Below the pieces are notes generated by a model. It made no database searches, was not told the origin of the DNA, and saw only the letters and a program-made list of their open reading frames with translations. This document shows positions 28,076-37,627 of a stretch of DNA of 38,034 nt, piece after piece. The DNA is taken from IMG/VR virus record IMGVR_UViG_2534681658_000022; one strand, given 5' to 3'. The position numbers were made by a program, and so were the translations under genes. The stretch is from a virus. Its lineage: Duplodnaviria; Heunggongvirae; Uroviricota; Caudoviricetes. The stretch's first letter is position 1, and each line of letters starts with the position of its first letter.

Positions 28076-30490
28076 TTAATACAGGTTCCGCCACTTATCA
28101 TCTTCCTGTAAACGCTGATTCCGATAGAAGATACGCAGGCCAGCCCCTGACGGAATACTGCCTCCGCGAAGGAGTAAATCGACCTCTTTCTCGCTGCCAT
28201 CAAATCCTCTGGACTTCAGTTCATAGACGAGCTGCTGTCGCTGATGGTCTGTAATTCGCTGTTTGTAGTCTTTGCGCCGTTTCGGTTTCACCTGGCGTAA
28301 CCTTGCAGCCAGTTCCCGACGCTCTTTTTTGCTCATACTGTGCAGATAATCGTGCAACTCCTTGTCATCCTGGCGGGTAATGTCAGTTCTGGTGTCCCCA
28401 TCAGCTGATTTATCTTTCTCCTGTTGGTTCAAATTTTCAGCAAGGGGACAGTTATTGCCACGAGTCCAAGGGGCGCAAGCGCCCTTGTCGGCTGCCGCCT
28501 CCTGAACGTCAACGGCCTTACGAACCATTTTCCACTTCACTGCATGAGTGCAGATCTTGCCCTCTGCAATGGGTGACCAGATGCCATAAATACGAATACC
28601 GTGATCGCCATAGGCGGTCGGCTCTTCGTTGATTTCATAAGCAGTTCTGATGAGGTGATATTTGCGGGGAACCAGTACGCCGCCCTGCTTCATGATGTAG
28701 GTGGCAAAACAACCAGCATCAGCAGCAGCCAGGATTGCATCAAGGCGCGGGTTATCCAGTACCGGCGCACCTGCTTTTTTGTCCCCCTGCTGCCTTGCCG
28801 CCTGACCAGCCAGCAATCGCAGTTCACGGTAAGCCTGACGCCCCGGAATGCCAAAGAAGCGGAATTGCTGAACACGATGCAGAGACGCCCAAGCATTAAC
28901 GTATTCAGCGTTATCACGCAGGGATTTACCCGTTTCCTTGCTGATCTCGCCAGCCAGACCACGCCCGTCAATGTTCTTACTGATGTATTTCGCGATGTAG
29001 CTTGTTGGCGTACCTTTGCGCGGGTTTATCAGCTCGGACTTAAAGCGTGGTCCCGTGTTATTACCCAGCTCCTCGCGGTCTTCACGAATGGCAAACTTAC
29101 GCAACAAAGCAGTAATGGCGCGGCGATCTTTTTTGCGCATAAAACACAACAGGTGCCAGTGAACTGTACCGTCGTGATGCGGCTCAGCCACCCGCACGCC
29201 ATACCAGCGCAACCCGGCTTTGTGCATCGCCTTACGAAATGCAGCAAACATACCGACCAGATAATCACTGCTTTGTCTTACCGTCGCATTTGTCCAGGTT
29301 GGGTTGGGCCTGCCGTTATTTAGCGTGGAATGGAAACGTGACGGACAGGTGATGGTGTAGAAAACGGCGCAGTCACCGCGCATTTCCGCGATAAGCTCCA
29401 GACCTTTAACACAGGCCATCATCTCATTGCGGCGATGCGCAGGGTTGCTGCTGCTGGCGTTTACCACATCCTCCATGTCCAGCGTGTCGCCGTCTTCGTT
29501 CACCAGTTCATGAGAACGGAAAAACTCCAGCGACTTACGGCGCTGCTCACGTTTATGCATCACGGCTTCATAGCTGACATAAGGAGATGCTTTTTTGCTA
29601 ACCAGGCAGACAGCGCGCAACTGCTCTTCCCGCCATTCGCAACGCATCTTCCATAATTTCCGATACCACCAGTCGGCGCACAACATACGCGCCAGCGAAC
29701 CCGGAATGAGTTCATAGGGCACGGGTTTACGGCGGTTTCTTTTCCGACGGAGTTGCTCAAACGCAGGCGGGATAACATCCAGACGCAGGGTTTCCGCTGC
29801 CACCTTTTCCCACGTCTTGCGGATTTCTTCTGGCTTAACGTCATCGGTGGCATACAAATCACCACAAGCGGCATCAAGGCACATGCTCATATGCGCAGCA
29901 ACAAGGGTAGACAGACGCTTCACCTGATCCTGACTCATTTCAGGCAGGATCAGCAGGCCGTCCAGCCCTTCATGGCTTGCCATAAAGCGAAAAGAAGTGG
30001 ATAGCTGACAGTCGCGTACATGCTCCAGTCGTTCCAGACATGGCTTAATCGTCTCACGCAAATAGCGGGAATAAGCCTTTGGCCTGCCCAGGCTGCTGAA
30101 GTATTCAATACGTTGCATCAGCGGCTTGCTGATATGGGAAGGCTGGGCATTGACGTCCGCCAGAATGACCATATCTGGATTAAAACGCTGCTGCTCATGC
30201 GCCAGCTTTGCCCGGCTAATGAGTTTATCCTGCTCCATTTCGCGTTGGACAGGATCACGGGATTCATTAAAGAAATAACGCTCCCAGACCTGATCACTCA
30301 GTGCCTCGCGGCGCAGTTGTTCCAGCTCGTTATCGACAGCGTACAGAGTGATCAGGTTTGAAAGCGCAGAAACCGGCGCAACTTCCGCCGGGTCCAGATA
30401 AGGGTTAATGGCCTTTTTCGGGCTGTTCCATGAGAATGCTGCGGCGACCTCGTTAAAGCCGCTGCAGTTGTTCATATCAGCATGGCTCAT
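28076..30490 (-). CDS. A: Replication initiation endonuclease, P2 gpA family
   Basis: 804-aa ORF at the end of the early operon, the position and size class of the P2/186 A protein. Confidence 0.88.
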   Translation of the reverse strand: MSHADMNNCSGFNEVAAAFSWNSPKKAINPYLDPAEVAPVSALSNLITLYAVDNELEQLRREALSDQVWERYFFNESRDPVQREMEQDKLISRAKLAHEQQRFNPDMVILADVNAQPSHISKPLMQRIEYFSSLGRPKAYSRYLRETIKPCLERLEHVRDCQLSTSFRFMASHEGLDGLLILPEMSQDQVKRLSTLVAAHMSMCLDAACGDLYATDDVKPEEIRKTWEKVAAETLRLDVIPPAFEQLRRKRNRRKPVPYELIPGSLARMLCADWWYRKLWKMRCEWREEQLRAVCLVSKKASPYVSYEAVMHKREQRRKSLEFFRSHELVNEDGDTLDMEDVVNASSSNPAHRRNEMMACVKGLELIAEMRGDCAVFYTITCPSRFHSTLNNGRPNPTWTNATVRQSSDYLVGMFAAFRKAMHKAGLRWYGVRVAEPHHDGTVHWHLLCFMRKKDRRAITALLRKFAIREDREELGNNTGPRFKSELINPRKGTPTSYIAKYISKNIDGRGLAGEISKETGKSLRDNAEYVNAWASLHRVQQFRFFGIPGRQAYRELRLLAGQAARQQGDKKAGAPVLDNPRLDAILAAADAGCFATYIMKQGGVLVPRKYHLIRTAYEINEEPTAYGDHGIRIYGIWSPIAEGKICTHAVKWKMVRKAVDVQEAAADKGACAPWTRGNNCPLAENLNQQEKDKSADGDTRTDITRQDDKELHDYLHSMSKKERRELAARLRQVKPKRRKDYKQRITDHQRQQLVYELKSRGFDGSEKEVDLLLRGGSIPSGAGLRIFYRNQRLQEDDKWRNLY

Positions 30491-31233
30491 GCACGCACTC
30501 CGTACACGGCAGAACTATCCACTCCACGCGAAGGATCAAATCCCACCCAGCAGCGCGGCCCGGAAACAGCGATGATTTCTGTTGCAGATTTACTCTCACC
30601 AGCTGCTACGCCGATGCTGCGTTTTGCCTTGATGTAGTGGTGAGTAAAATTGCGATACAGCGAACGGATCAGGGATGTGTCACTGTTAGAAACAATGACC
30701 GGATGTCCTTCTGATGACCGATGTTCAAGAACGGATGCCAGGTGATACTGGTCATCTTCAGTGAAACCATCAGTGTGATAGCCGGAAAACGTACCGTCAT
30801 ACGGCGGATCGCAATACACCACATCCCCCACCTGCAGCATCGCCAGCGTTTCATCAAAGCTCGCGCAGATAAACGTTGCCCGCTTGGCTTTCTCTGCAAA
30901 TGCGCGAATTTCTTTTTCAGGGAAATACGGATTTTTATAATTACCGTAGGGAATATTGAAATGCCCGCTCTTGTTATAGCGACATAAACCACGGTAACCG
31001 TGACGATTGAGATACAGGAAATATACCGCTTTCATGAAATCAGTAATTTCAGTTGAGTAATTAAACTCCTGCCTTATGTTGTAATAAGCCACCTCCCTGT
31101 TTGCGATCTCAAATAAAACTCTGGCGCGAGATATAAACGATTCACAATCAGCGGCAACCTTTTTATAGAGGTTGATTAAATCAGGATTAATATCCGCAAC
31201 CAGATAACTGGGATAATCCGTCTCCATCATCAC
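30487..31233 (-). CDS. dam: DNA adenine methyltransferase (Dam-like), C-terminal frame of a frameshifted gene
   Basis: Contains the DPPY catalytic motif and [16 protein letters not shown]. The Dam-like N-terminus (MSTILKWAGNKTAIMSELKK...) is encoded from ATG 31345 in another frame and stops at about 31256 after a run of 7 A (plus-strand T7 at 31285-31291). Confidence 0.7.
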   Translation of the reverse strand: MMMETDYPSYLVADINPDLINLYKKVAADCESFISRARVLFEIANREVAYYNIRQEFNYSTEITDFMKAVYFLYLNRHGYRGLCRYNKSGHFNIPYGNYKNPYFPEKEIRAFAEKAKRATFICASFDETLAMLQVGDVVYCDPPYDGTFSGYHTDGFTEDDQYHLASVLEHRSSEGHPVIVSNSDTSLIRSLYRNFTHHYIKAKRSIGVAAGESKSATEIIAVSGPRCWVGFDPSRGVDSSAVYGVRA

Positions 31234-31341
31234 AGCACAGGAACCCGCGAAAGGTTCAACCAGTCGCGGGCCAGCAGGAAGATGTTTTTTTCAGTTCTGA
31301 CATTATGGCAGTTTTATTTCCCGCCCATTTCAGGATGGTGC

Positions 31342-31569
31342 TCATACAGCACCTCCGTTGTAATGTTTGCCTTTCAGCTCTGCGATTTCCTGACAGGTAA
31401 TGCAAAGCTGCACACCCGGAATGGCACGGCGGCGTGCTGGCGGAATTGGCGCTTCACACTCAATGCAAAGCACGCGGGACACGCCCGGCGTTTTGGCACG
31501 GGCAGCATGGATATGACGCTGGCGTTCTTCTTCAACGCGCTGCTGTACGAGATCCATTGCATCAGCCAT
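31342..31569 (-). CDS. TraR/DksA-family C4 zinc-finger protein
   Basis: 75 aa with CIECEAPIP...CITCQ; its stop overlaps the dam start (ATGA). Confidence 0.75.
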   Translation of the reverse strand: MADAMDLVQQRVEEERQRHIHAARAKTPGVSRVLCIECEAPIPPARRRAIPGVQLCITCQEIAELKGKHYNGGAV

Positions 31570-31808
31570 TAGTGGATCTCCTGCGCTTCGTTCTGGATTG
31601 CTTCAGCAGTCACACGAAGCAGTTCTGCCGCTTCGACGTGGTTTAGCTGGCGGGATGTGATATGACACGCCAGGCTATCAAGGCGAGCTGCCATTGCTTC
31701 AGCCCTTGCCCGGCGTTCTTCCAGACGAGCCTCTGTCAGTAAAATATTAAGCCCTGCGTCATCCGGTCCGGTTTTGGTCGTGAGGGTTTCAATATTACGC
31801 ATAATCAA
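31569..31808 (-). CDS. Hypothetical early protein
   Basis: 79-aa ORF in the early operon, contiguous with the zinc-finger gene. Confidence 0.55.
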   Translation of the reverse strand: MIMRNIETLTTKTGPDDAGLNILLTEARLEERRARAEAMAARLDSLACHITSRQLNHVEAAELLRVTAEAIQNEAQEIH

Positions 31809-31869
31809 TTCTCCTGAATTTAGATAAAGGGATACCCGGCGGGTTTACGCCATTAATTTCATTAGTTGG

Positions 31870-32211
31870 TTAATTCGGCATGGTTAGCCGTCTGGGAAAT
31901 AAGCTCACCACTGCACGAAAATGATTCATTGCTTTAATCAACTCCCGCTTTTCGTCAGTGGTCAGCTCATTAATGCTGATGCTATGACGTTCAGCTGGAA
32001 TTTTTGCCATAAAGAATATAGCAGCCAGTGCCCGTTTATTTTGTTCGTTATTGATATCCCGTGGATCACGCATATCTTTAATAAACCGCTCAAGCTCTGA
32101 CTCAATATTCAGGCCAAATACTTTCGCCCTTAACTCCGCAATGTGATTAAGTCCATTCAGGCGTTCACCGGGGCTTAATGGAACAGTCGCCGCAGCGCTT
32201 TCAATAGCCAT
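31870..32211 (-). CDS. Hypothetical early protein
   Basis: 113-aa ORF in the early operon. Confidence 0.55.
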   Translation of the reverse strand: MAIESAAATVPLSPGERLNGLNHIAELRAKVFGLNIESELERFIKDMRDPRDINNEQNKRALAAIFFMAKIPAERHSISINELTTDEKRELIKAMNHFRAVVSLFPRRLTMPN

Positions 32212-32293
32212 TTATGCATCCCCACAACACATCTACTAAAAAATTTTTGATATGATCCATTACCAACATATTGATAGCTAGAAGGAATCATCA

Positions 32294-32542
32294 ATGTTGA
32301 ACCCGGTTGAAAGAGAGCGTATAGAGCAACTTGAAAACGAGATCTCCAGTCTTCGCGATGAGGTTGCTGTTCAACGAATTCTTGTTTCAGGTCTGATCCA
32401 CTCCTTATTTCGAACTGACTCAGCAAATCAATCAGCATTTTTTGAGCTCCTCCGCGAAGAATTAAACAAACTTCCTTTAGGTTCGGTTAAACAACAAGAA
32501 TTCACTCATCTGATACAGACACTGATAGATCGTTACCGATAA
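32294..32542 (+). CDS. Hypothetical coiled-coil protein (opposite strand within the early region)
   Basis: 82-aa ORF with AAGGAA 7 nt upstream of the ATG and an AT-rich promoter-like region at about 32225-32290. Preferred over the low-complexity minus-strand ORF 32175-32438. Confidence 0.45.
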   Translation: MLNPVERERIEQLENEISSLRDEVAVQRILVSGLIHSLFRTDSANQSAFFELLREELNKLPLGSVKQQEFTHLIQTLIDRYR

Positions 32543-32757
32543 ATATTTCGCCGATAACGTTCAAGAGGTGATGTCTTTATACGCATCACTTCTTGTACTT
32601 TTTCACCACGTATAAAGGTTCCATCCTTTAGCGTGAAAAAGTAGCTACCATCGCCCGACAACGACGGATAGCAACAGAGCAAATCATCTTCAGGTACTGA
32701 ATAATTCTCCCCTCTGTAACGAAAGTGATAAACCACTTCATTTTCTGCCGCATACAT
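32533..32757 (-). CDS. Hypothetical early protein
   Basis: 74-aa ORF with GGAG about 9 nt upstream; overlaps the upstream ORF in a different frame. Confidence 0.5.
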   Translation of the reverse strand: MYAAENEVVYHFRYRGENYSVPEDDLLCCYPSLSGDGSYFFTLKDGTFIRGEKVQEVMRIKTSPLERYRRNIYR

Positions 32758-32924
32758 TTGGACTTTCTCCGTTTCCTCGTGATCAATTCAGACAGCAATT
32801 CATCTTGTGAACGGCACGGATGCCAGCGTTTACCATCCTCCCCCATGATCCAGCCGTGACCGTAGTGCATTGCCGGGCTTTGTTTTACCAGCAGCGATGC
32901 AAATGATGGTTCTTTCGTCAGCAT
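32628..32924 (-). CDS. Hypothetical early protein (downstream of cII; 3' portion possibly out of frame)
   Basis: Start set at the ATG (MLTKEPSF...) preceded by GAGGTG. The frame runs 130 nt into the next gene and its C-terminal 40 residues look non-protein-like. Confidence 0.35.
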   Translation of the reverse strand: MLTKEPSFASLLVKQSPAMHYGHGWIMGEDGKRWHPCRSQDELLSELITRKRRKSKCMRQKMKWFITFVTEGRIIQYLKMICSVAIRRCRAMVATFSR

Positions 32925-32931
32925 AAGCACC

Positions 32932-33441
32932 TCACAGCAAACCGAATGAAGCACCGAGGCCAGTCACGGTATCAACTGCACTCGCCATCGCAGGATTAGC
33001 CTGTAAACGGGCCTGCAATGAAACAGCCGCCAGCGCCATCAGTCGTGTTACAGAGTTAATGCTGCTGATAGCATCACGACGACCGGCACAGGTTTTTACA
33101 TCGCCAGATACCGCACCTGCAGCAACACGCCCGATCTCTGCGGTTGCACTCATGACGTAATGTGGCAGTTTCTCTTTTGCCACCTCATTAATCGGTACAC
33201 ATGGCAGACAATGAATCTGTGCCAGAAAACCATCTACCAGCGTTGAATCTTCAGTCAGATCGGTAAGCAGCCAGATTTCTGGTGCGGTTAATAAATGAGG
33301 CTGAGCTGGGTTCAGCTTGTTCCGCAGAATCTGCACATTCATGCCTGCACGTTCTGCCAGTTGCACCAGGTTGTGACGCAGTGCAAAAGCCCTACAGGCT
33401 TCATCGAAATGCGGATGTTTGGAAATCTTGTAATCAAACAT
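32932..33441 (-). CDS. cII: Transcriptional activator CII (186-type)
   Basis: 169 aa; sequence ([16 protein letters not shown]...[24 protein letters not shown]...[14 protein letters not shown]) closely resembles coliphage 186 CII as I recall it (not searched). Confidence 0.85.
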   Translation of the reverse strand: MFDYKISKHPHFDEACRAFALRHNLVQLAERAGMNVQILRNKLNPAQPHLLTAPEIWLLTDLTEDSTLVDGFLAQIHCLPCVPINEVAKEKLPHYVMSATAEIGRVAAGAVSGDVKTCAGRRDAISSINSVTRLMALAAVSLQARLQANPAMASAVDTVTGLGASFGLL

Positions 33442-33473
33442 GGTGCCCCCTTAGAAAGTTCCCATAATTGAAC

Positions 33474-33716
33474 TTACTTACCAACAATGACGCGGAAGTT
33501 GGAATGACCGAGGGATTCACGGACCTGATCAGTTTTGTACATCAGATAACGAAGGCTTACGCGGCCTTTATTTTTTTCTTTCTTGACCATGTACTTAGCA
33601 AGTTGACCATGGTGAATTTTTTGGTAAACAGAGCCACGGGAAATGCCCTCCCACTCTGCGAACTCTGCAGGCGTAGCCATCTCTTTTGGTACACGAATTG
33701 AAATATCAGTACTCAT
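33474..33716 (-). CDS. Apl/Cox-like excisionase and transcriptional regulator
   Basis: 80-aa ORF transcribed divergently from cI, first gene of the lytic operon; HTH-like segment ATPAEFAEWEGISRGSVYQKIHHGQL. Confidence 0.65.
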   Translation of the reverse strand: MSTDISIRVPKEMATPAEFAEWEGISRGSVYQKIHHGQLAKYMVKKEKNKGRVSLRYLMYKTDQVRESLGHSNFRVIVGK

Positions 33717-33803
33717 AGTGCAGTATCTCTTACTTTGTGTGCGTGTTAGTTCGTTTTAGCTCGTCTCTTTAACTCTCATATCAAGAGACATGAAGACATT
33801 ACG

Positions 33804-33818
33804 ATCTTGATTCAAGAT
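33804..33818. promoter_or_regulatory. Candidate operator palindrome in the cI/apl switch region
   Basis: Perfect 7-1-7 palindrome ATCTTGA-T-TCAAGAT, plus a third half-site ATCAAGA at 33780-33786. Confidence 0.4.
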
Positions 33819-33837
33819 TGTCAAATGGAGATTACCA

Positions 33838-34470
33838 ATGTTAAACATCAGAATGGGTTCCGATACGGGAGGTAAGGCAGCTATTGAGAGGCTGCTTGAG
33901 GCTTATGGATTCACAACTAAGCAGGCATTAAGCGAGCACCTGAATGTCTCAAAAAGTACTATGGCAAACAGAGTGTTACGTGACAGTTTTCCTGCTGACT
34001 GGATAATTCAGTGTGCACTAGAAACCGGTGTTTCGTTACTTTGGTTAGCCACAGGACAGGGAAGCATGAAAGAAGGATACGAGCCTGAGAAAAGATCTCA
34101 TAACGAGAACAAACAAGCAATTAAACCGTTATCCAAACTCATAACTCCATCTATTCCTAAAGGAACCTTGGAAAATGGACAACTCAGTATTGATGAAGAG
34201 ATTTTCCTAGACCACAGCATATTACCTGCAGATTATGAAGAATCGATGTTCTTAGAAACCCCTACTGATTGTTATCTCATCGATAAATCAGTTAAACAAG
34301 TCAGCAATGGATTCTGGCTTATCAATATTGATGGAATGATTATTATTGCAAAAATCATGCGGATTCCCGGCAATAAGATTGTAGTAAATCAAGATGAAGC
34401 ATCTTTCGAGTGCTCTGCTGATGATGTGGAAGTTATTGGGCGTGCAGTCAAAGTAATAAAGAGTATCTAA
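33838..34470 (+). CDS. cI: CI-type immunity repressor
   Basis: 210 aa with N-terminal HTH region and C-terminal domain; GGAG RBS; divergent from apl and immediately upstream of int, as for 186 cI. Confidence 0.8.
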   Translation: MLNIRMGSDTGGKAAIERLLEAYGFTTKQALSEHLNVSKSTMANRVLRDSFPADWIIQCALETGVSLLWLATGQGSMKEGYEPEKRSHNENKQAIKPLSKLITPSIPKGTLENGQLSIDEEIFLDHSILPADYEESMFLETPTDCYLIDKSVKQVSNGFWLINIDGMIIIAKIMRIPGNKIVVNQDEASFECSADDVEVIGRAVKVIKSI

Positions 34471-34472
34471 AC

Positions 34473-35489
34473 ATGACTGTCAGAAAACAGCCAAACGGTA
34501 AATGGTTGTGCGAGTGCTATCCCAATGGACGCAATGGCAAGCGCGTGCGTAAGCAATTTGCTACGAAAGGCGAAGCCATTGCTTTTGAAAGCTTCACAAT
34601 GGAAGAAGTGAACAAAAAACCATGGCTGGGGGAAAAGGAAGATCGGCGACACCTATCAGAATTAATTGAGCAGTGGTATTCCCTGTATGGTCAAACACTC
34701 GCAGACCCCAAGCGCCTCATGGCGAAACTTAGAATTATCTGTAATGGTCTAGGCGATCCCATCGCTTCAGAACTGACAGCCGGTGACTTTACGAAATACC
34801 GCGAAGCACGGTTAAAAGGTGAAGTACGAAATGAAGATGGCACGTTTATGTCGCCCGTTAAGCCCCGCACGGTAAACCTTGAACAGCGCAATCTATCATC
34901 TGTTTTTGGTACACTGAAAAAGTTGGGCCACTGGTCAGCCTCCAACCCGCTTGCTGGGCTGCCAACATTTAAAATTGCTGAGAGTGAATTGGCGTTCCTG
35001 ACCCCGGAAGAAATTAAACGTCTGCTGGATGCCTGCGCCGATTCTCAAAGCTCCAGCCTGCTTTTGATTGCAAAAATATGCCTGGCCACCGGCGCACGCT
35101 GGAGCGAAGCCGAAAACCTGCAGAGTCATCAGGTATCAAAATACCGTATCACTTATACCAAGACCAAAGGCAAGAAAAACCGAACTGTGCCTATTTCTAA
35201 GGATTTATATGAAGAACTGCCTAAGAATAGGGGGAAGTTATTCACCCCATGCAGAAAAGCCTTTGAGCGTGCAGTAAAGCGGGCTGGTATCGATCTGCCA
35301 GAGGGTCAATGTACTCACGTTCTGCGTCATACATTCGCTAGCCATTTTATGATGAATGGTGGAAACATATTGGTTTTGCGGGATATCCTAGGACATTCAG
35401 ATATAAAAATGACCATGGTCTATGCACACTTCGCCCCAGACCATTTAGAAGATGCCGTAACTAAAAATCCTTTATTTAATTTGAGGTAA
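34473..35489 (+). CDS. int: Tyrosine integrase (P2/186 type)
   Basis: 338 aa with the conserved R...HxLRH...Y catalytic region (VLRHTFASH...MTMVYAH); follows cI. Confidence 0.92.
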   Translation: MTVRKQPNGKWLCECYPNGRNGKRVRKQFATKGEAIAFESFTMEEVNKKPWLGEKEDRRHLSELIEQWYSLYGQTLADPKRLMAKLRIICNGLGDPIASELTAGDFTKYREARLKGEVRNEDGTFMSPVKPRTVNLEQRNLSSVFGTLKKLGHWSASNPLAGLPTFKIAESELAFLTPEEIKRLLDACADSQSSSLLLIAKICLATGARWSEAENLQSHQVSKYRITYTKTKGKKNRTVPISKDLYEELPKNRGKLFTPCRKAFERAVKRAGIDLPEGQCTHVLRHTFASHFMMNGGNILVLRDILGHSDIKMTMVYAHFAPDHLEDAVTKNPLFNLR

Positions 35490-35499
35490 GTAGTAATTT

Positions 35500-36168
35500 A
35501 TGAATAGCGAACTAGAGTTACTTATAAAAATATTATTCCCTTCCCTATCTGCCATTATATCCTTATTAGGGCTTAAAACAGGGTGGACTTATAAAAAAGA
35601 CAAACTATTCACATCACGTAAAAACATTAGCGAATTTTCATATCAGATGTATAAAAGCAGTGAAGATCCGACCTTCAAAAAACTGGCGGAAGATTACGGC
35701 ATTGCTGCATTAACCAAAGATAACACATTGACAAAAAAACAAAGATTAATATTACTCAACACAACAAACCCCGTTAGCGATATAGATAATTATTCCAAAT
35801 GTCAAAGTCTAATTTCCATTACCACCCATAAAGAAATATTCGCATGGAATAAAAAAAGATATAAATACAGCATATATAGAAAATTAATAAAAATCATAAC
35901 AACTCTAATTTACTTCATGAGCAGTCTCATCGTAGCACTTCCTTTCAGTTATTCTGTTGTAGTAAGTGCTAAGATGATGGAGAAGATAAACCATCTAACT
36001 ACTTGGCAATACTTTGGTTTAAGCAGCTATTTTGTGGTATCGGGAGTAGCAATATGCTTTATCTGCCTAGATAAGCTCTCCAAGATTAAGATCGCCGAGA
36101 GATTAATCGTTTCGAATAGGCGTTTAGGCGACAAATGCAGTGGCGGCACTTTGGCGGCAGAAAGTTAA
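35500..36168 (+). CDS. Hypothetical membrane protein between int and attR (candidate lysogenic-conversion cargo)
   Basis: 222-aa very AT-rich ORF starting 11 nt after the int stop on the same strand. N-terminal TM helix, Lys-rich cytoplasmic region, then two C-terminal TM helices. Confidence 0.55.
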   Translation: MNSELELLIKILFPSLSAIISLLGLKTGWTYKKDKLFTSRKNISEFSYQMYKSSEDPTFKKLAEDYGIAALTKDNTLTKKQRLILLNTTNPVSDIDNYSKCQSLISITTHKEIFAWNKKRYKYSIYRKLIKIITTLIYFMSSLIVALPFSYSVVVSAKMMEKINHLTTWQYFGLSSYFVVSGVAICFICLDKLSKIKIAERLIVSNRRLGDKCSGGTLAAES

Positions 36169-36243
36169 AAACCCATAAAACGGACAGACACCGTATAAAT
36201 CTAACCAACTGAAAATCAAAGCAAATCATTGTTTTTACAGACA

Positions 36244-36288
36244 TTGAAATGCTATGTAGGAATTTCGGACGCGGGTTCAACTCCCGCC
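36244..36288. repeat. attR core: second copy of the 45-bp ssrA 3'-end repeat
   Basis: Identical to 1016-1060. Confidence 0.85.
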
Positions 36289-36322
36289 AGCTCCACCACT
36301 TTTTAGTTGTTTGAAGTTCAAT

Positions 36323-36356
36323 GAAGTCTACTAAGCCCACACAGCACAAGCTCTGC
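36323..36356 (+). terminator. Rho-independent terminator downstream of the displaced ssrA 3' end
   Basis: Imperfect hairpin AAGCCCACACAGC / GCTCTGCGGGCTT followed by TTTTTT. Confidence 0.4.
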
Positions 36357-36463
36357 GGGCTTTTTTACGTCTATTGTCGTCCAGTGAGAATTGCTGAGAA
36401 CTACGAGTTATGGCACCCTGAATGGGACCCACTAAGAAGGGTCCAAAAACCGAGGGTCCCAAA

Positions 36464-37249
36464 ATGGCAAAAATCGCTAAGAAGCTCACTGACACTGAAA
36501 TCAAAAGCACCAAGCCAGCCGATAAAGAAATCAACTTGTTTGACGGTGATGGTCTGATTCTACGAATCGCTCCTTTGGCGAAAGGAGGCAAGAAAAATTG
36601 GTATTTCAGGTATGCAGTACCAGTGAGCAAGAAAAGAACCAAAATGAGCCTTGGGACATATCCTCACCTTACCCTTGCAAGAGCCAGAGCCTTACGTGAT
36701 GAATATCTCTCCTTTCTGGCAAATGGTGTTGATCCCCAAATCCATAACAACGATAAGGCGAAGGCATTAAAGAGTGCTACTGAGCACACTCTCCAAGCCG
36801 TAGCGCGGAAATGGTTAGATGAGAAGGTAAAGACATCAGGTATCTCACAAGACCATGCAGCAGACATCTGGCGCAGCTTAGAGAGAAATGTCTTTCCCGG
36901 TCTGGGTAATGTCCCTATCAATGAGATCCGACCTAAGCTCTTAAAACAACACCTTGATCCTATTGAGCAACGAGGCGTATTGGAAACTCTACGCCGTATC
37001 ATTTCACGTCTGAATGAAATCTTCCGGTGGGCAGCTACTGAAGAACTTATTGAGTTCAACCCGGCTGACAACCTTGGTCAAAGATTCAGTAAACCAAAAA
37101 AGCAAAATATGCCTGCCCTTCCCCCAAGCGAATTGCCAAGGTTTATGGAATCTTTGACGAATGCGTCAATCCGGTTGGAAACACGTATGCTAATTGAATG
37201 GCAATTGTTGACATGGGTTCGTCCGGGTGAAGCCGTTCGCGCAAGGTGA
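36464..37249 (+). pseudogene. intA: P4-type (IntA-like) integrase, 3'-truncated by IS insertion
   Basis: N-terminus (TDTEIKSTKPADKEINLFDGDGLILRIAP...) and internal segment (ESLTNASIRLETRMLIEWQLLTWVRPGEAVRAR) track the CP4-57 IntA family. The frame ends in a TGA created at the IS629 left end. Confidence 0.8.
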
Positions 37250-37300
37250 ACCGCCCCGGGAATCCTGGAGACTAAACTTCCTGAGAAAGAGGTAAACAGG

Positions 37301-37627
37301 ATGACTAAAAATACTCGTTTTTCCCCCGAAGTCCGTCAACGGGCAGTCCGTATGGTTCTGGAAAGTCAGAGCGAATATGACTCACAATGGGCGACAATTT
37401 GTTCCATTGCTCCAAAGATTGGCTGTACGCCGGAGACTCTGCGTGTCTGGGTTCGCCAGCATGAGCGGGATACCGGGGGCGGTGATGGAGGGCTCACCAC
37501 CGCTGAACGTCAGCGTCTGAAAGAGCTGGAACGTGAAAATCGTGAACTGCGCCGCAGTAACGATATCCTTCGCCAGGCTTCCGCTTATTTTGCGAAGGCG
37601 GAGTTCGACCGCCTCTGGAAAAAATGA
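37301..37627 (+). CDS. IS3-family transposase OrfA (IS629-type)
   Basis: 108-aa product [41 protein letters not shown]... recognised as IS629/IS1203 OrfA. Confidence 0.9.
   Translation: MTKNTRFSPEVRQRAVRMVLESQSEYDSQWATICSIAPKIGCTPETLRVWVRQHERDTGGGDGGLTTAERQRLKELERENRELRRSNDILRQASAYFAKAEFDRLWKK

Noticed and set aside
28601-29323. 240-aa plus-strand ORF (and other ORFs at 28690-29877)
   Set aside because: Antisense within replication gene A; shadow ORFs.
32175-32438. 87-aa minus-strand ORF
   Set aside because: Non-protein-like translation; overlaps the better-supported plus-strand 82-aa ORF, which has an RBS.
33468-33701. 77-aa plus-strand ORF opposite the apl/cox-like gene
   Set aside because: The minus-strand frame gives an HTH-containing Cox/Apl-like protein in the expected divergent position from cI; the plus-strand translation is hydrophobic and low-complexity.
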